Origin: Perkinsela sp. CCAP 1560/9
Lineage: Eukaryota > Protista > Euglenozoa: Kinetoplastea
Assembly (NCBI GenBank): GCA_965644495.1
Contig: CBFFSA010000003.1
Span: 186,001 to 250,000 of the forward strand
DNA length: 64,000 nucleotides
Reading direction: 5' to 3'
Below the pieces are notes generated by a model. The model worked only from the letters and a program-made list of their open reading frames with translations. It made no database searches and was not told the origin of the DNA. This document shows positions 32,755 through 45,233 of the stretch, in pieces (within the stretch, counting starts at the first letter, position 1; each line of letters opens with the position of its first letter). Made by a program: the position numbers and the translations under genes.

Positions 32755-35700
32755 ATAGCTGTCATTCGACGTCGAAAATTGCAATTCGACGTCTACGAAT
32801 GCCTTTCGACGTCGAAAAAATGGGTCTTTCGACGTCGAACGAAGGAAAAAAATGTGGGATACTTGTGTTCATGTACAGCACTTGAAAAATTGTTTCGATC
32901 GACGGATTCTTTTCACTACAGCAATTTGCTATGGTATTCGGACGAATAGATGACTACTAGAGAATAAGAAAGTAGCAACGTATGGTTGTCGTCAGGTTGT
33001 TCGTCAGACCGCTAGGGAGTTCTAACCGTGTTAAATGCGTCACCTTTTATTTGAAACATGTTCAGAAACGTAATTAATGAAGTTTAATAAAATAAAGATA
33101 CGGAAAATTATGACTGTACTAGTCATTATCATAGTATAAGCTTATGGCGTTTACTGTTGCTGTATAGGTAAGCACAAAATATCTCGCGTTGCAATAATAC
33201 AAGAAAAATTTAAGTGTGGGGAAAAAGTTTAGCCTTAATGGTCCTGAAGTATGAGACAAAACATGGAAAAATAATTAAACATCCATACATTATAAATAAT
33301 TATACAGTAATACAATATAACAATATTATAATGGGTTATGAATTTATGACGTATCAGAAAAAAAGCAGACTCGCATCAGGAGCCTATTAAGTAATTCGGA
33401 AGCTTGAAAGAAGTTACCCCGAATCCCCATTTCCCGCTGATCCTAACTGTTCCAAATTGTCAAGGTACCCAAGTTTGTCGCAGTTCCCCCGTAACAGCAT
33501 AGAGTTTTGTACTGTTTGAGTGCCCATGGATGATTGACGGGAGTTGTATTTGGTGTTCATAACCGACATCCAAGAATCACATTTCGTCACTAAAGGGGGT
33601 ACCCATAAATAATGTATCGCCGCTTGATGCATACCTGGGTATTTGTAGACTCCAACTGTTTGCCACCAATGCAATTCGCACTTGTGCACTCGCGAATCCC
33701 ATTCGTAGTCGACGCAATTCACATATTCATTCCATTTATTTTCCGTAATTTGAAAAATGGGAGAACCACCTCGAAAAAGGTCGTTAGCACGACTGAAATG
33801 AATTGGTTCGAGACCGGCTTTCCGGGCGCGTAGTGCAATGAAATCCGGTGCAAACCACATGACGTCTTCCCAATATTTCATATTGTGATGAACTGAAAGT
33901 CGATTTATGTGATGCTTGAGGGCACATTCAAAAGCTTCACTGCAGCTTCCCACCCGACTAGCCTTCCGTAATCTTTCTAAAGTTGGCCAAACTCCCGTTA
34001 CTAAAGGGGTACCGTCTAAATCCGAAAATTTTTGTAACGCTTTCTGGATAGGAGCTAGTTCTTCAAGAAAATATTTTGCTGAAGTCGCCAAGTTATCTAC
34101 CCCTTCCCGAGCAATAAGATCCGCACACTTACGTACAGACTGACAAACTCGGGGGTTTTCCAGTTCTTGCTTCAGGAACGCCACAACAGTAGGTAACTGA
34201 GTAGAAAAGAAGGAAATGCTGCCGAACTTATCATGGCACCAGCGAGTAACTCCCCCTAACTTAGGAGCCGTAATGCCGTGTACATCCTTTGCTCTACGAA
34301 CAGCTTCAATTACTTGAGGTCCATACAATGAAAGTTCGTCACGACACCGAGGAATATTTTCATGCTGAGCGTTCAGTTCCGCCAAAATTAGATCAGCTTC
34401 ATCGGGAGCATACTGTTTCAAAATTTGTATGCTGCTACGAAGCTGACACACCAGCTCTGTCTGATATTCATCGTCCATTTTATTGCTAGACAGCCCCCCA
34501 TACCATTGAGTGAAAAATTGTTCCGCTTTGTTAGTTTCTTCGTCGATCCAAGAACGTCTAGGGCCACACCGCGATACCGCCCCTTCTTCGTACAGATCTT
34601 GTCATGTCCATAAAATGTTTGTCTGAAGAGCTTTTTAAGTTCAAAAAGGGGGGTTTCCTGAAAGGGTTTCATCGCATCCATCGCGAGGTTATTGAGAAAA
34701 TGACCAAAGCAAGATAGTAAGGAGACGTGTGGCATCATATCCACGGCCCGGTTTCCGAAGTTTATCCAGTCTGGCTCCCCAATTCTTTGAACGCGATCAT
34801 ATATTCTTTTTAATTCTCCTTCTGCCTCATCACGGGCCACGTGGTTAACGGCACAGCCATCCACCATTAAAAACCTCATTTTTCGTACCAGCGTAATGCC
34901 GAGAATAGAATTCAATGTATTAACCAAACTCTCAGCTGTTTCTTTGCCGTTGAATGCCTTCCGCTTCGGATGATACATGGATGGTAATAGATATTGCTCA
35001 TCTGAAACATACACTACCCCTACTAATACGTGCTCGTTGAGCACGGAATCAACCCCAGCATCCACAGCTACCCCGAAGAAAGGATGAATATCGATTTTTG
35101 AAATCATTTTTTCCCATATTTCGGTGGCCAAGTCCTTCTCCCAATCACGCATGATCCTGTGATTGTTGCCAAGTGCATTGAGAATTTCTTCAGTATTTGC
35201 TCCCTTGGGGCGTAATTCTTCATAGTTACGAAGTAAAGCGTGAGCAGCTTTGCATGACAAGTTCGTCTTTGCCACAAGACAGGGAACGCAGCGACGGACA
35301 AAAACATTTACACTCATTGAATTGTCGTTCGGGGTCAGTGAAAAAAGTTCCGGTTCGTTTGCGATTCTCTGTCCCTCGCGCACTAAACAAGTGTGATTGA
35401 TATGGTGATAGTAATGGTTGTTATGGAGCGAATGACTCCACCACGGACAGTCGCGACATTTTATGTGAGTCCGCTGGCCCATGGTATTCACGTGATGGGG
35501 CCGAGGATATTTCTCGGCGTATTCGCGACACTCTTTGTTTTTCTTCTCCAAATTTTTCGTTCTACCAGTCGGGGTATCCATTGCCAAGCAGCGTTCACGA
35601 AAGAATTTTGTCGAAATACGGGGAAACCGCATTGGGTCCTGTACAAGCTGTTTTCGAACTACTTGCCTTACAGAGCTTGCCTGTTGTGATGGAGAGGACG

Positions 35701-36213
35701 GCATTTCCTCTTCAAGCCTCGCGGTACACTCTCGTCGTACTGAGACAGGAACATAACTCCCTGAAAGAACGTTATCGGAAATTTCAAATCTGCTGTGGGT
35801 GGGACCATCTGCTGCTTCCGTGGAAGCATCTCGCTGCATGGCAGTTCTATTCTTCTTCGCCGAATTGGTTCTCTTGGCACGAACCGAAGTAACTGAAGGA
35901 GTAGTAGATGAAACAGATTCGGAAGAATTTGCTTCAGCTAAAGTTGGCACGATTGCATCTGATGAAAGAGCTGGGGGAGAAGGTATGCGGATAGGAATCA
36001 TGCGCCCCCTTCCTCGAACAGAGGTGTGCATTGTGAAAAAACAAGTAAATTAACACTAAAAAGTAGAAGACTGGTTGCAAATACATTTTTTAAACATTTT
36101 ATAAACATATATTCTGTTGAAAAAAAATTCTTTCAGAAACCATCCAAGCACTCAAAATGTTTCGACCTTTCGACCGTCGAACGACGTCGAATTCGACGTC
36201 GAACGACAGCTAT
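32755..36213 (-). mobile_element. Full-length hAT-like DNA transposon; transposase 36031-33414 with one frameshift near 34450-34500
   Basis: TIRs atagctgtcattcgacgtcgaa / ttcgacgtcgaacgacagctat; TSD GGCCTTTC on both sides (6-bp GCCTTT if the ends are CATAG); BED-like zinc finger, GVAVD, FLMVDG, CFGH and dimerisation-like HWWQ...YPGMHQAAIHYLWVP. Confidence 0.85.
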
Positions 36214-36974
36214 GGCCTTTCTTCAAATTTTTTGAAGGGCTCATTTTTTTTTGAAGGGCTAACTTTTTTTTCGAAGGGCTTGCACAAAATATGCATTATC
36301 AGTGTGCGAGTTTTATGCATTATCAGTGTGCGAGTTTTATGCATTATCAGTGTGCGAGTTTTTATGCATTATCAGTGTGCTAATTGCGGTGGTTGTAAAA
36401 CTACCGCTCTACCCTCGATTATTGAAAAAAAAGTGAACAAAAACAGTGAAAATATAAAGAGGAACACAGTAATATAATAGAAGAAAAAAATATAAAAGGG
36501 GGCTCCGGTGGTCCAAAACTGAAAAAAAAAATTGAAAAAAATGGGGGGTCCAGGGGGGGTCATGGTCGAGCAATTTTTTTCGAAAAAATTAGTTTTCGAA
36601 AAAAAACCGCAGAAAGGGTAGCCGGGGTCTTGGCGCGCATTTTCCACCCCCCTACTCGGGGGTGACCCCCCCGCGTATCCGCAGGACGGGTCCGCGAAGT
36701 TCGGATTTTTTCGGAAAAAAAAATTTGAAAAAAGTTCAACTTGGCGAAAAAAATGGCAAAAAAAATATTTTTCCAAAATCGTTTCCCCTATTGTATTTTG
36801 ATAGTTTGGGACCTACACTAGCTTTCTCCGCAGTTGTTTTCGCAAGGTATCCCTTTTTCGAGCCGTGGTGCGCCCCTCAAAATGACCCATTTTTGATTAA
36901 AAAAGGTGAAAAAGTATTTTTGGGACCCCAAGGGGCCTTTTTATGTCGAAAGAATTGTGTGGTTGGAGGGGAAA

Positions 36975-37075
36975 GGTTACCATAAATCGTATAAGTACCA
37001 TAAATCGTAAGTTACCATAAATTGTATAAGTTACCATAAGTTGTATAAGTTACCACAAATTGTATAAGTTACCTA
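36975..37075 (+). repeat. ~19-bp minisatellite (gttaccataaattgtataa)n
   Basis: About 5-6 degenerate units. Confidence 0.8.
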
Positions 37076-37549
37076 AAATTGCGTGGTCACATAGTAAAAC
37101 AATACACAATCCTGCGAAAGGGGCAGACATAGGTTTTCAGTGGCGCCCCCGAGCGCTGGAGCGCGCGGGGTCGCTGAAAAATATAATTCTGTCCCAGGGC
37201 TACGCTCACAGTTGGGCCTTGCTCGCAAACCGGGGCTTTTGCTTCTAGAAGTGGGTTACGCTCACAGTTCGGCCTCGTTCGCAAACGGGGGCTTTTGCCT
37301 CCAGAAGTGGGCTACGCTCACAGTTGGGCCTTGACTCTAGACGGCGCCCGCACATTGATAATGCATATAGCACATTGATAATGCATACCACATTTGTAGC
37401 ACAAAAACAAGGACTGGGTTTATTGGCCCGGCCGGCCCCTCCGTGCGTTCGGCCTCTCATATTCCCCAAAACAACTACCACCTTCCCCCCCATTTATCAG
37501 GGGTCGCGCGCGCGACCCCCGCTAAATAGGGTGGAAGTCAACGAATATT

Positions 37550-37625
37550 ACATAAGTAAAGGAATAATGCATAAGTAAAGGAATAATGCATAAGTAAAGG
37601 AATAATGCATAAGTAAAGGAATAAC
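37550..37625 (+). repeat. 19-bp minisatellite (cataagtaaaggaataatg)n
   Basis: 4 units. Confidence 0.9.
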
Positions 37626-37935
37626 GCTCCGTCGTCTAGCAAGCAAGGTGGGATGTCTCTCTGCAAAGGCCAAAGCCCGCGTTCTGTTCAAAGAACATCA
37701 ATACGGAGTAGCTACGCCCGCAGGAGCAGAGCACGTCATCCACATTTGTCGGCGACTTGTAGCGAACCACGTTGAGGATGATGATTTCGTAATGTGCAAG
37801 GTAGACCTCCGAAACGCCTTCAATAACGTCTTTAGGGATAGTTTTATTGCCTTAACACGATATCATTTCCCAGAGTTGAGCCCATTCGTGGAATGGTGCT
37901 ACTCTGCCCTCAGCAACCTGACCTTCGATGGAGAA
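37626..37935 (+). pseudogene. CRE-like RT fragment (divergent relative of the 28-32-kb element)
   Basis: QYGVATPAGAEHVIH...CKVDLRNAFNNV...HFPELSPFVEWCY. Confidence 0.85.
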
Positions 37936-37936
37936 T

Positions 37937-38285
37937 AAACTACCATTACAACGCGATTTATGGTAGTTTGGATGAGTACTTCCATGTTCGTCGGAGGGCG
38001 GTGATAGTAGTTTGGATGAGTACTCATCGAAACTACTACAACCCCCAAGGAGGTAATGGTAGTTTGGATGAGTACTCATCGGAACTACCGCAATGTAGTT
38101 GTAGTAGTTTGGATGAGTACTTATCGAAACGAAATTTTAGTTTTCTGGAAAAAAGTACTCATCGAAACGACCTCTGTACATGGTAGTTTGGATGAGTACT
38201 CATTGAAACGACCTCTTCACATGGTAGTTTGGATGAGTACTCATTGAAACGACCTCTGCACATGGTACTTTGGATGAATACTTTC
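37937..38285 (+). repeat. Array of ~30-bp near-palindromic repeats with short variable spacers
   Basis: gtagtttggatgagtactcatcgaaactac, about 8 copies. Confidence 0.9.
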
Positions 38286-39776
38286 TTCCGTGGCGCATCC
38301 GTAGTCAGCAATCACGTAAATTGTTGCCAGGTTCTGACACAAAATACGGTGAAACTGAACCAAATTCCGCACTTTTTGATTGTATTATTTATGAATTTAC
38401 ACATATTATTGTAATAGAGTATTATAAATAACGTCAGTTTTTTGGTTAAAGACTTCACAACTAGCTTCACAACTTCGAACTTAACATCATCTACGGAAAT
38501 TAAACTAAATTAATACTTTCCACATGAACTTTCGCCTTTTTGTCCTCTTCCTTCCTCTTAGCCTTCGCACTATTCTCCACAGTGACGTGAAGAACCGGTG
38601 GGCCTCTCTTCCGTTTATCATGAAGAATGACGGCTCCGAGCTGAAGAAGCTTTGTCGCCGCAACTTCTGGAACATCTTCTTCCCAACAGCTTGATTCGAC
38701 GTACTCCTTGGCCTTTTCCACATAGGTCAAGCGTACCCGGAACTTCTCTTCATGCACGGACAGCTTCTCGATGGTTCTAGACTTTAGATCGGACCGAATC
38801 GTCACACGCCTTCGATTCAAATCTCCGACAAAGCTATTCCAAATGTTTTTTAATACTGTTGCCATGTCACGTTCGTCTTTAGAACTCACAGACAATCGGA
38901 ACTTTTTGGCGTAGTTAATGCCTGCCCGCAAAAACTTAGTTCCGTCATCAGCCCAGTCAATGCTGGCTTTGCACGCAATCAGGACATACGCCACATGCGA
39001 AAAAGTAAATCGCAACCCCAAAACAGTCTTCCGAAAGAATTGGCTGGCTGTGCGCTTTACTGATTCAACGTCCAGATCGGATGACAATAATTCCTGAAGG
39101 AGGGGAGGAGAAAAAGATTCAACGACTTGTGATTGCCCACAAGTCGCGCAAACATCAGAACCGTTGAATACCCCATACTGCAAGCATTGCACACATACAT
39201 CTCTGTGCTGCTCGGAATCGACACACCATTTGCAATAAACACAAAAAGATGATCGACCTTCGGTGGGAAGAGTGAACGGTGTCATTTTCTGACATTTTCC
39301 TTCGCACATCGGGCGATAGATTGATGCCTGGAATGACACAAGTGATGTGGTGCAAAGAAAAAAAAACTTGAATACCGAACTCTTTAGATGAATTTTAACG
39401 AATATACATTTGTAACTAAACTTTGCAGAACGCACCGAAAAAAGATTTAAATTGGCTGATAAAACAAAAATATGGCTACTCATGCCAACTCATGCCAACC
39501 AAGACTTGCACAGTCTCCACTGTCCCAGGGCTACGTTCACATTTTAGCCTTACAGAGTCAGACGTTGGTAATACATACCAATATAGTGAAAAGTACTCAT
39601 CCAAAGTACCATGTGCAGAGGTCGTTTCAATGAGTACTCATCCAAACTACCATGTGCAGAGGTCGTTTCGGTGAGCACTCATCCAAACTAACATGTGCAG
39701 AGGTCGTTTCGATGAGTACTTTTTTCCAGAAAACTAAAATTTCGTTTCGATGAGTACTCATCCAAACTACTGCAAC
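38098..39776. mobile_element. Element with ~188-bp terminal inverted repeats carrying a non-transposase ORF
   Basis: 38098-38285 is the near-exact reverse complement of 39588-39776. Confidence 0.8.
38500..39309 (-). CDS. Orphan 269-aa protein with Cys-rich N-terminus
   Basis: MCEGKC, CVYC, CVQC, CATC motifs followed by a helical region; frame intact between the TIRs. Confidence 0.65.
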   Translation of the reverse strand: MCEGKCQKMTPFTLPTEGRSSFCVYCKWCVDSEQHRDVCVQCLQYGVFNGSDVCATCGQSQVVESFSPPLLQELLSSDLDVESVKRTASQFFRKTVLGLRFTFSHVAYVLIACKASIDWADDGTKFLRAGINYAKKFRLSVSSKDERDMATVLKNIWNSFVGDLNRRRVTIRSDLKSRTIEKLSVHEEKFRVRLTYVEKAKEYVESSCWEEDVPEVAATKLLQLGAVILHDKRKRGPPVLHVTVENSAKAKRKEEDKKAKVHVESINLV

Positions 39777-39949
39777 GCCGCCTCACTTTTACGAGTGAGG
39801 TTCCCAGTGCGAGGCAAGTGGGTTTCGAAGTTGTTTCCGGACCCGGTGATCTGCACCTTGCTTAGTGATCTTCTTGCGCGAATGATTTGGAGGTCGTGGG
39901 AAAGTGGAAAAGGAGACAGGGGGTAGGGGAAAAAGTTAAGCGGAAAACG

Positions 39950-40100
39950 GGTAAAGGTAAAGTGGGTAAAGGGAAAGTGGGTAAAGGGAATGTGAGTAAA
40001 GGGAAAGTGGGTAAAGGGAAAGGGGGAAAGGGAAAGTGAATAAGTGGAAAGTCGTTAACGGGAAAGCGGGTACGTGGAAACGCGTTAAGGGGAAAAAGTG
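39950..40100 (+). repeat. Purine-rich 15-bp repeat (gggtaaagggaaagt)n
   Basis: Several exact units followed by degenerate ones. Confidence 0.8.
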
Positions 40101-40979
40101 GGTAAGATACGGGAATGTTAAGAAATGAAGTAGGAAAGTCGTTGTAGTATAAAAGAAAAGTTAGAATTCGTAAAAAAAATAATGCGACAAAAAAAAATTT
40201 AGGCTCCAAAATATGATATTGCTAATTTGATTGCTTGTTTTAAAATCGTATACCCCCCCGATGGACCTACAGGGTTCAAGTATTGGGTAAAAATATAGAG
40301 GCAATGCCGCGTTTCATACTTCTCCCCCCTTATTCATTGCAAAAAAAAAACAAAAAAAAAGTCCCTCTGCAGTATTTCCCTCTCGCGTCCCCCACCCCCG
40401 TGCCAGCAGCCCAAAGTATTATATACTTGCTCACGGGGTGGGGGCAGAGATCCTGGCGGATGGGCTCGTGCGTCGCTTCCTCTTGCCCCCGCGTCAGTCG
40501 CCCCGTGTCTTTTCTCTCCGCGCTCTTCCCCATCGGTGCGACGGCGTCTTCGCGTCTCATCACCTCCAAGTCTCCCACCCACGTACAGCAATCTAATGTA
40601 TCTAATACTGCTAACGGGGTGGGAGCAGAGGTTCTGGATCATACAGGCCTGGGTGCGTGCGGATTTGGAAGTGGGGTAGGGAGTAAGAGAGGGGAAGCAG
40701 GAAAAGGGGTAGGAAGTAAGGGAGGGGAGTAAGTGGAAGCAAGGGAAAGTTGGAAGTGTGGATATTGTGGAAAAGTAGGACAAGTACATAAAAAGCACAT
40801 TGATAATGCATACTAAGCGGCACATTGATAATGCATATAGCACATTGATAATGCATATAGCACATTTATATTGCATATAGCACATTGATAATGCATATAG
40901 CACATTTATATTGCATATAGCACACTGATAGCTCATACGTGTTTTTACTTGACCTTCAGAATTTTATTTGACCTTCAGA

Positions 40980-41064
40980 ATGTCAGTTTCCCAACGTAAA
41001 ACTAAACGCCTAAACACCAAGGCCCGGGAAACTATCGCAGTGCTCTATAATCAACAAGGCTTCT
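40980..41064 (+). pseudogene. N-terminal stub of an IS30-like transposase downstream of a 20-bp array
   Basis: MSVSQRKTKRLNTKARETIAVLYNQQGFS resembles the 25752 N-terminus; cut by an element starting CAGGGGTCG. Confidence 0.6.
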
Positions 41065-41800
41065 CAGGGGTCGCTCGCGCGACCGCCGCTAAATAGGGGG
41101 GGAAGGTGGTAGTTGTGGGGTATGGAGGCCTCTCGCAACTCCGGGGCCTCACCGGGAGGAAAGGTGAATTTATTTAATTCCATTTTTTGGCAATGTTAAG
41201 AACCTAAAATTTCTAGTCAACCTCAAATTTCGCGAACACCAACCAAAAATGATCATATTTTTTAAGGGATCAATTTTTTTTTAATGGGTCAAAACTTTTT
41301 TAAGGGCTCGAAAAATATTTAAGGGCTCGATTTTTTTTTCAAGTTTTATGCCAGATAAAGGTGCGGATTTTATGCAATATAAAGGTGCAGCTTAATATGC
41401 CATATAAAGGTGCATTATGCAATATAAAGGTGAATTATGCAATATAAAAGTGAATTATGCAACATAAAGGTGCAGCTTAGTATGCAATATACAGTGGTTT
41501 CAGTTGATCTTGCCCCCCCCTCGGAATTTTGATTTTTTTTATCCATTTTTGCTCATCTTTGCAGCATTGGACAGATCTCGTTCCCCTAGCGAAGAGCTTT
41601 GCCGCTTTTTTTTCATAGAGACCCTCTGGTGCCCCCTGGGTCCGAAAAACACTGTTTTTTTTGACGTTTTCTGTGTACACAACCATTTTTTGTCACATTT
41701 TCCCGATTTTTTGTACATTTTGAACATGTAAGTACGAGTAATAGTGTTCTAAATTGATAATTTGAAAGCTCTATGTCTAGTACCATCCCTATCGCCTAAT

Positions 41801-42000
41801 NNNNNNNNNNNNNNNNNNNNNNNNNNNNNNNNNNNNNNNNNNNNNNNNNNNNNNNNNNNNNNNNNNNNNNNNNNNNNNNNNNNNNNNNNNNNNNNNNNNN
41901 NNNNNNNNNNNNNNNNNNNNNNNNNNNNNNNNNNNNNNNNNNNNNNNNNNNNNNNNNNNNNNNNNNNNNNNNNNNNNNNNNNNNNNNNNNNNNNNNNNNN
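41801..42000. other. Assembly gap (200 N)
   Basis: Run of N. Confidence 1.
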
Positions 42001-42969
42001 TGCAGCTTTGCATGACAAGTTCGTCTTTGCCACAAGACAGGGAACGCAGCGACGAACAAAAACATTTACACTCATTGAATTGTCGTTCGGGGTCAGTGAA
42101 AAAAGTTCCGGTTCGTTTGCGATTCTCTGTCCCTCGCGCACTAAACAAGTGTGATTGATATGGTGATAGTAATGGTTGTTATGGAGCGAATGACTCCACC
42201 ACGGACAGTCGCGACACTTTATGTGAGTCCGCTGGCCCATGGTATTCACGAGATGGGGCCGAGGATATTTCTCGGCGTATTCGCGACACTCTTTGTTTTT
42301 CTTCTCCAAATCTTTCGTTCTACCAGGCGGGGTATCCATTCCCAAGCAGCGTTCACGAAAGAATTTTGTCGAAATACGGGGAAACCGCATTGGGTCCTGT
42401 ACAAGCTGTTTTCGAACTACTTGCCTTACAGAGCTTGCCTGTTGTGATGGAGAGGACGACATTTCCTCTTCAAGCCTCGCGGTACACTCTCGTCGTACTG
42501 AGACAGGAACATAACTCCCTGACGGAACGTTATCGGAAATTTCAAATCTGCTCTGGGTAGGACCATCTGCTGCTTCCGTGGAAGCATCTCGCTGCATGGC
42601 AGTTCTATTCTTCTTCGCCGAATTGGTTCTCTTGGCACGAACCGAAGTAACTGAAGGAGTAGTAGATGAAACAGATTCGGAAGAATTTGCTTCAGCTAAA
42701 GTTGGCACGATTGCATCTGATGAAAGAGCTGGGGGAGAAGGTATGCGGATAGGAATCATGCGCCCTCTTCCTCGAACAGAGGTGTGCATTGTGAAAAAAG
42801 AAGTAAATTAACACAAAAAAGTAGAAGACTGGTTGCAAATACATTTTTTAAACATTTTATAAACATATATTCTGTTGAAAAAAATTCTTTCAGAAACCAC
42901 ACAAGCACTCAAAATGTTTCGACCTTTCGACCGTCGAACGACGTCGAATTCGACGTCGAATGACAGCTA
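42001..42969 (-). mobile_element. Second copy of the hAT-like element (5' part)
   Basis: Nearly identical to ~35245-36213, including the TIR ttcgacgtcgaatgacagctat. Confidence 0.92.
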
Positions 42970-43907
42970 TGGATATAGTCACACAACACGTATTAGAAGG
43001 GCGCATGGAATGGGAGAAAACTCTTGACTCCGCACACCACCACAGACCCGCTATCCTCGCAGCCGACCGACTTCATGACAAACAGAGCGCCAGAGCATGG
43101 GTCCGCCGATACACCGAAAACGAGCTGATAGCTGAGTATCGTCGCCGCGCTCCCGTCGCAGCTAAATGGTTTAGTGAGGAGACAGATGCTGAGTTAGCTG
43201 AGGATTTTGCGCGAGCTCTGCACAATATACATGGAAAAGATCTCTCTCGGTTTACCTCGATGGTCATGACCAGTTACGCCCCGCCGAGCCTATCTAACTC
43301 ACGTGCATGGGGGAAGGCTGATGGACACGTCATCTGTCCGATCTGTCGTGAAAGGAAGCAAACCTTACGACATGTCCTAACCAGCTGTACAACATCTCTC
43401 TTACAAGGCCGTTATACATACCGACACAATATGATTCTGAAGGTCCTACTAGACACGCTTCGAAGTTGTGGTCACATACGAGCAATGTATTTTGATCTAC
43501 CTGGCAACCCCTCCGAGGAGCACCCACCATCATGGCTAGCAAACTTTAGCACGCTACGACCAGATGGGTGGATTCTCCTAGAAGATGGCTCAGAATACAT
43601 CATTGAACTCACCTCCCCGTGGGAAGAAAATTTTGATCAAGCCCGCGAACGAAAGCGCGCAAAGCACGAGGAGATTTTGCGCTACCGACAGGCAACAAAC
43701 GTACGCACGAGCCTCATAACATTTGAGGTCGGAGCTCGGGGCAAACTTAGCGATAGTACGCTCGATCTTTCCTGGGTATTCCCAAAAGATCATAAACACC
43801 ACGTTCGCAAAATGCGTGAAAACTTTGCCCTTGCTGCACTTCAGGCTTCATTTAGGCTATATACTATGCGACAGAACCCCACCTGGAACCCACCACAAGC
43901 AGCTTAA
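42970..43907 (+). mobile_element. 3' part of a HERO/NeSL-like RLE retrotransposon ORF
   Basis: CPIC..TLRHVLTSC..LLQGRYTYRHN; RPD; IIELTSPWE; FEVGARG; 5' end abuts the hAT TIR. Confidence 0.85.
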
Positions 43908-44699
43908 GTAGGAAAATCTCTTTCGGAACAAGATCCTGATCTTTGCCAGGACTATCCGGAATGAAAATCTCTAGTGTACAACACTATGATAAAATTATGC
44001 ATTATAAATGTGCCGCTTAGTATGCATTATAAATGTGCGGGCGGCCGTTCAAATTGCCCTAAGTAAGCGATGAAGCTTCATCCAAAGTGTACAACTTTCG
44101 ATGAAGCACATTGAAAGTTGTACACTTTCGATGAATCTTCATCGAAGGTGTTTTTGACTTTTTCTTATTTTTTCAAATCTTCACGGAAAGGTTTTTCGCG
44201 GATCCATATAGACATTTTGACTTTTATGGTGCTTCATCGAAGTGTTTTGTGAAGGAATTTCACCGTTTTTTCAGTTTATGTTCATGGAAGCGCTTTTGAC
44301 TGATCCATATACATATTTTGAGCGACAATCCTGCGGAAGGGGTAAACACAGGTTCTCAGTGCGCGACCCGCGCGCTGGAGCGCGCGGGTCGCCGAAAAAT
44401 ATTATTATGTCCCAGGGCTACGCTCACAGTTGGGCCTTGCTCGCAAACGGGGGCTTTTGCCTCCAGATGAGGGCTACAGAAACTGAATCTTTAGCTGGAG
44501 AAAGATTCAATCCTTGTATGCAGTAATTTTCGGAGCCCAAAACTATTTCTTATTTATTTTTTCTTGTTTTTATTTTAGCCAGTCAGATTCAGCTCTGAGT
44601 CCCAGCAAACTATATAGTTCGTTATGTACAAAAAAAGGAAATATTAATTGTCACTGTCGTCGAGACGAAGATCTCGCGCTTTGAAACGGGGGGAAGTCT

Positions 44700-45233
44700 T
44701 TGGACATGGGGGACCCCGGGGGAGGAACTGGGTGAAAAAGGGGTATTCCTACGGTAAAGTACGGAGGGGGGCACATCATGATTTGGGCGTGCATGTCCCG
44801 AAGCGGTGTGGGGCATGTGCGTCTAGTTCAAGGGAACCTGAACGCCACACAGTACGTCGAGATTCTTGAAGAGAATCTTGCCCCCTCCCTCGAAACTATG
44901 GGTCTAGACCCCCCAATGGTCATCTTCCAACAAGATAATGACCCCAAGCACACAAGCCATTGTGCGCAACGGCACCTCCGGGGTACCGGGTTTGAAGTCA
45001 TGCGGTGACCCCCGCAGTCTCCTGACTTAAATCCAATCGAAAACGTTTGGGGGGAACTCAAGCGGCGCCTTGCAGCGCACGATGATCCACCAAGCGGGGT
45101 CCGAGAGTTGTGGGAGAGGGTAAAAATGGAATGGGCGAACATACCACCCTCAGTATGTCGTGCCCAGGTGGACAGTATGCCTGCCCGCATGAAGGCAGTG
45201 CTGAAGGCTCGTGGGGGGAATACTAAATACTAG
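44700..45233 (+). pseudogene. Tc1 DD34E transposase 3' fragment
   Basis: IMIWACMS; FQQDNDPKH; *PPQSPDLNPIENVW; GGNTKY. Confidence 0.9.

Noticed and set aside
30393-45008. In-frame TGA at probable Trp positions (30393, 31419, 45006) suggesting UGA=Trp recoding
   Set aside because: Host genes have no internal stops and end in TGA, TAG and TAA; the affected TEs are otherwise decayed or truncated, so G>A decay explains it
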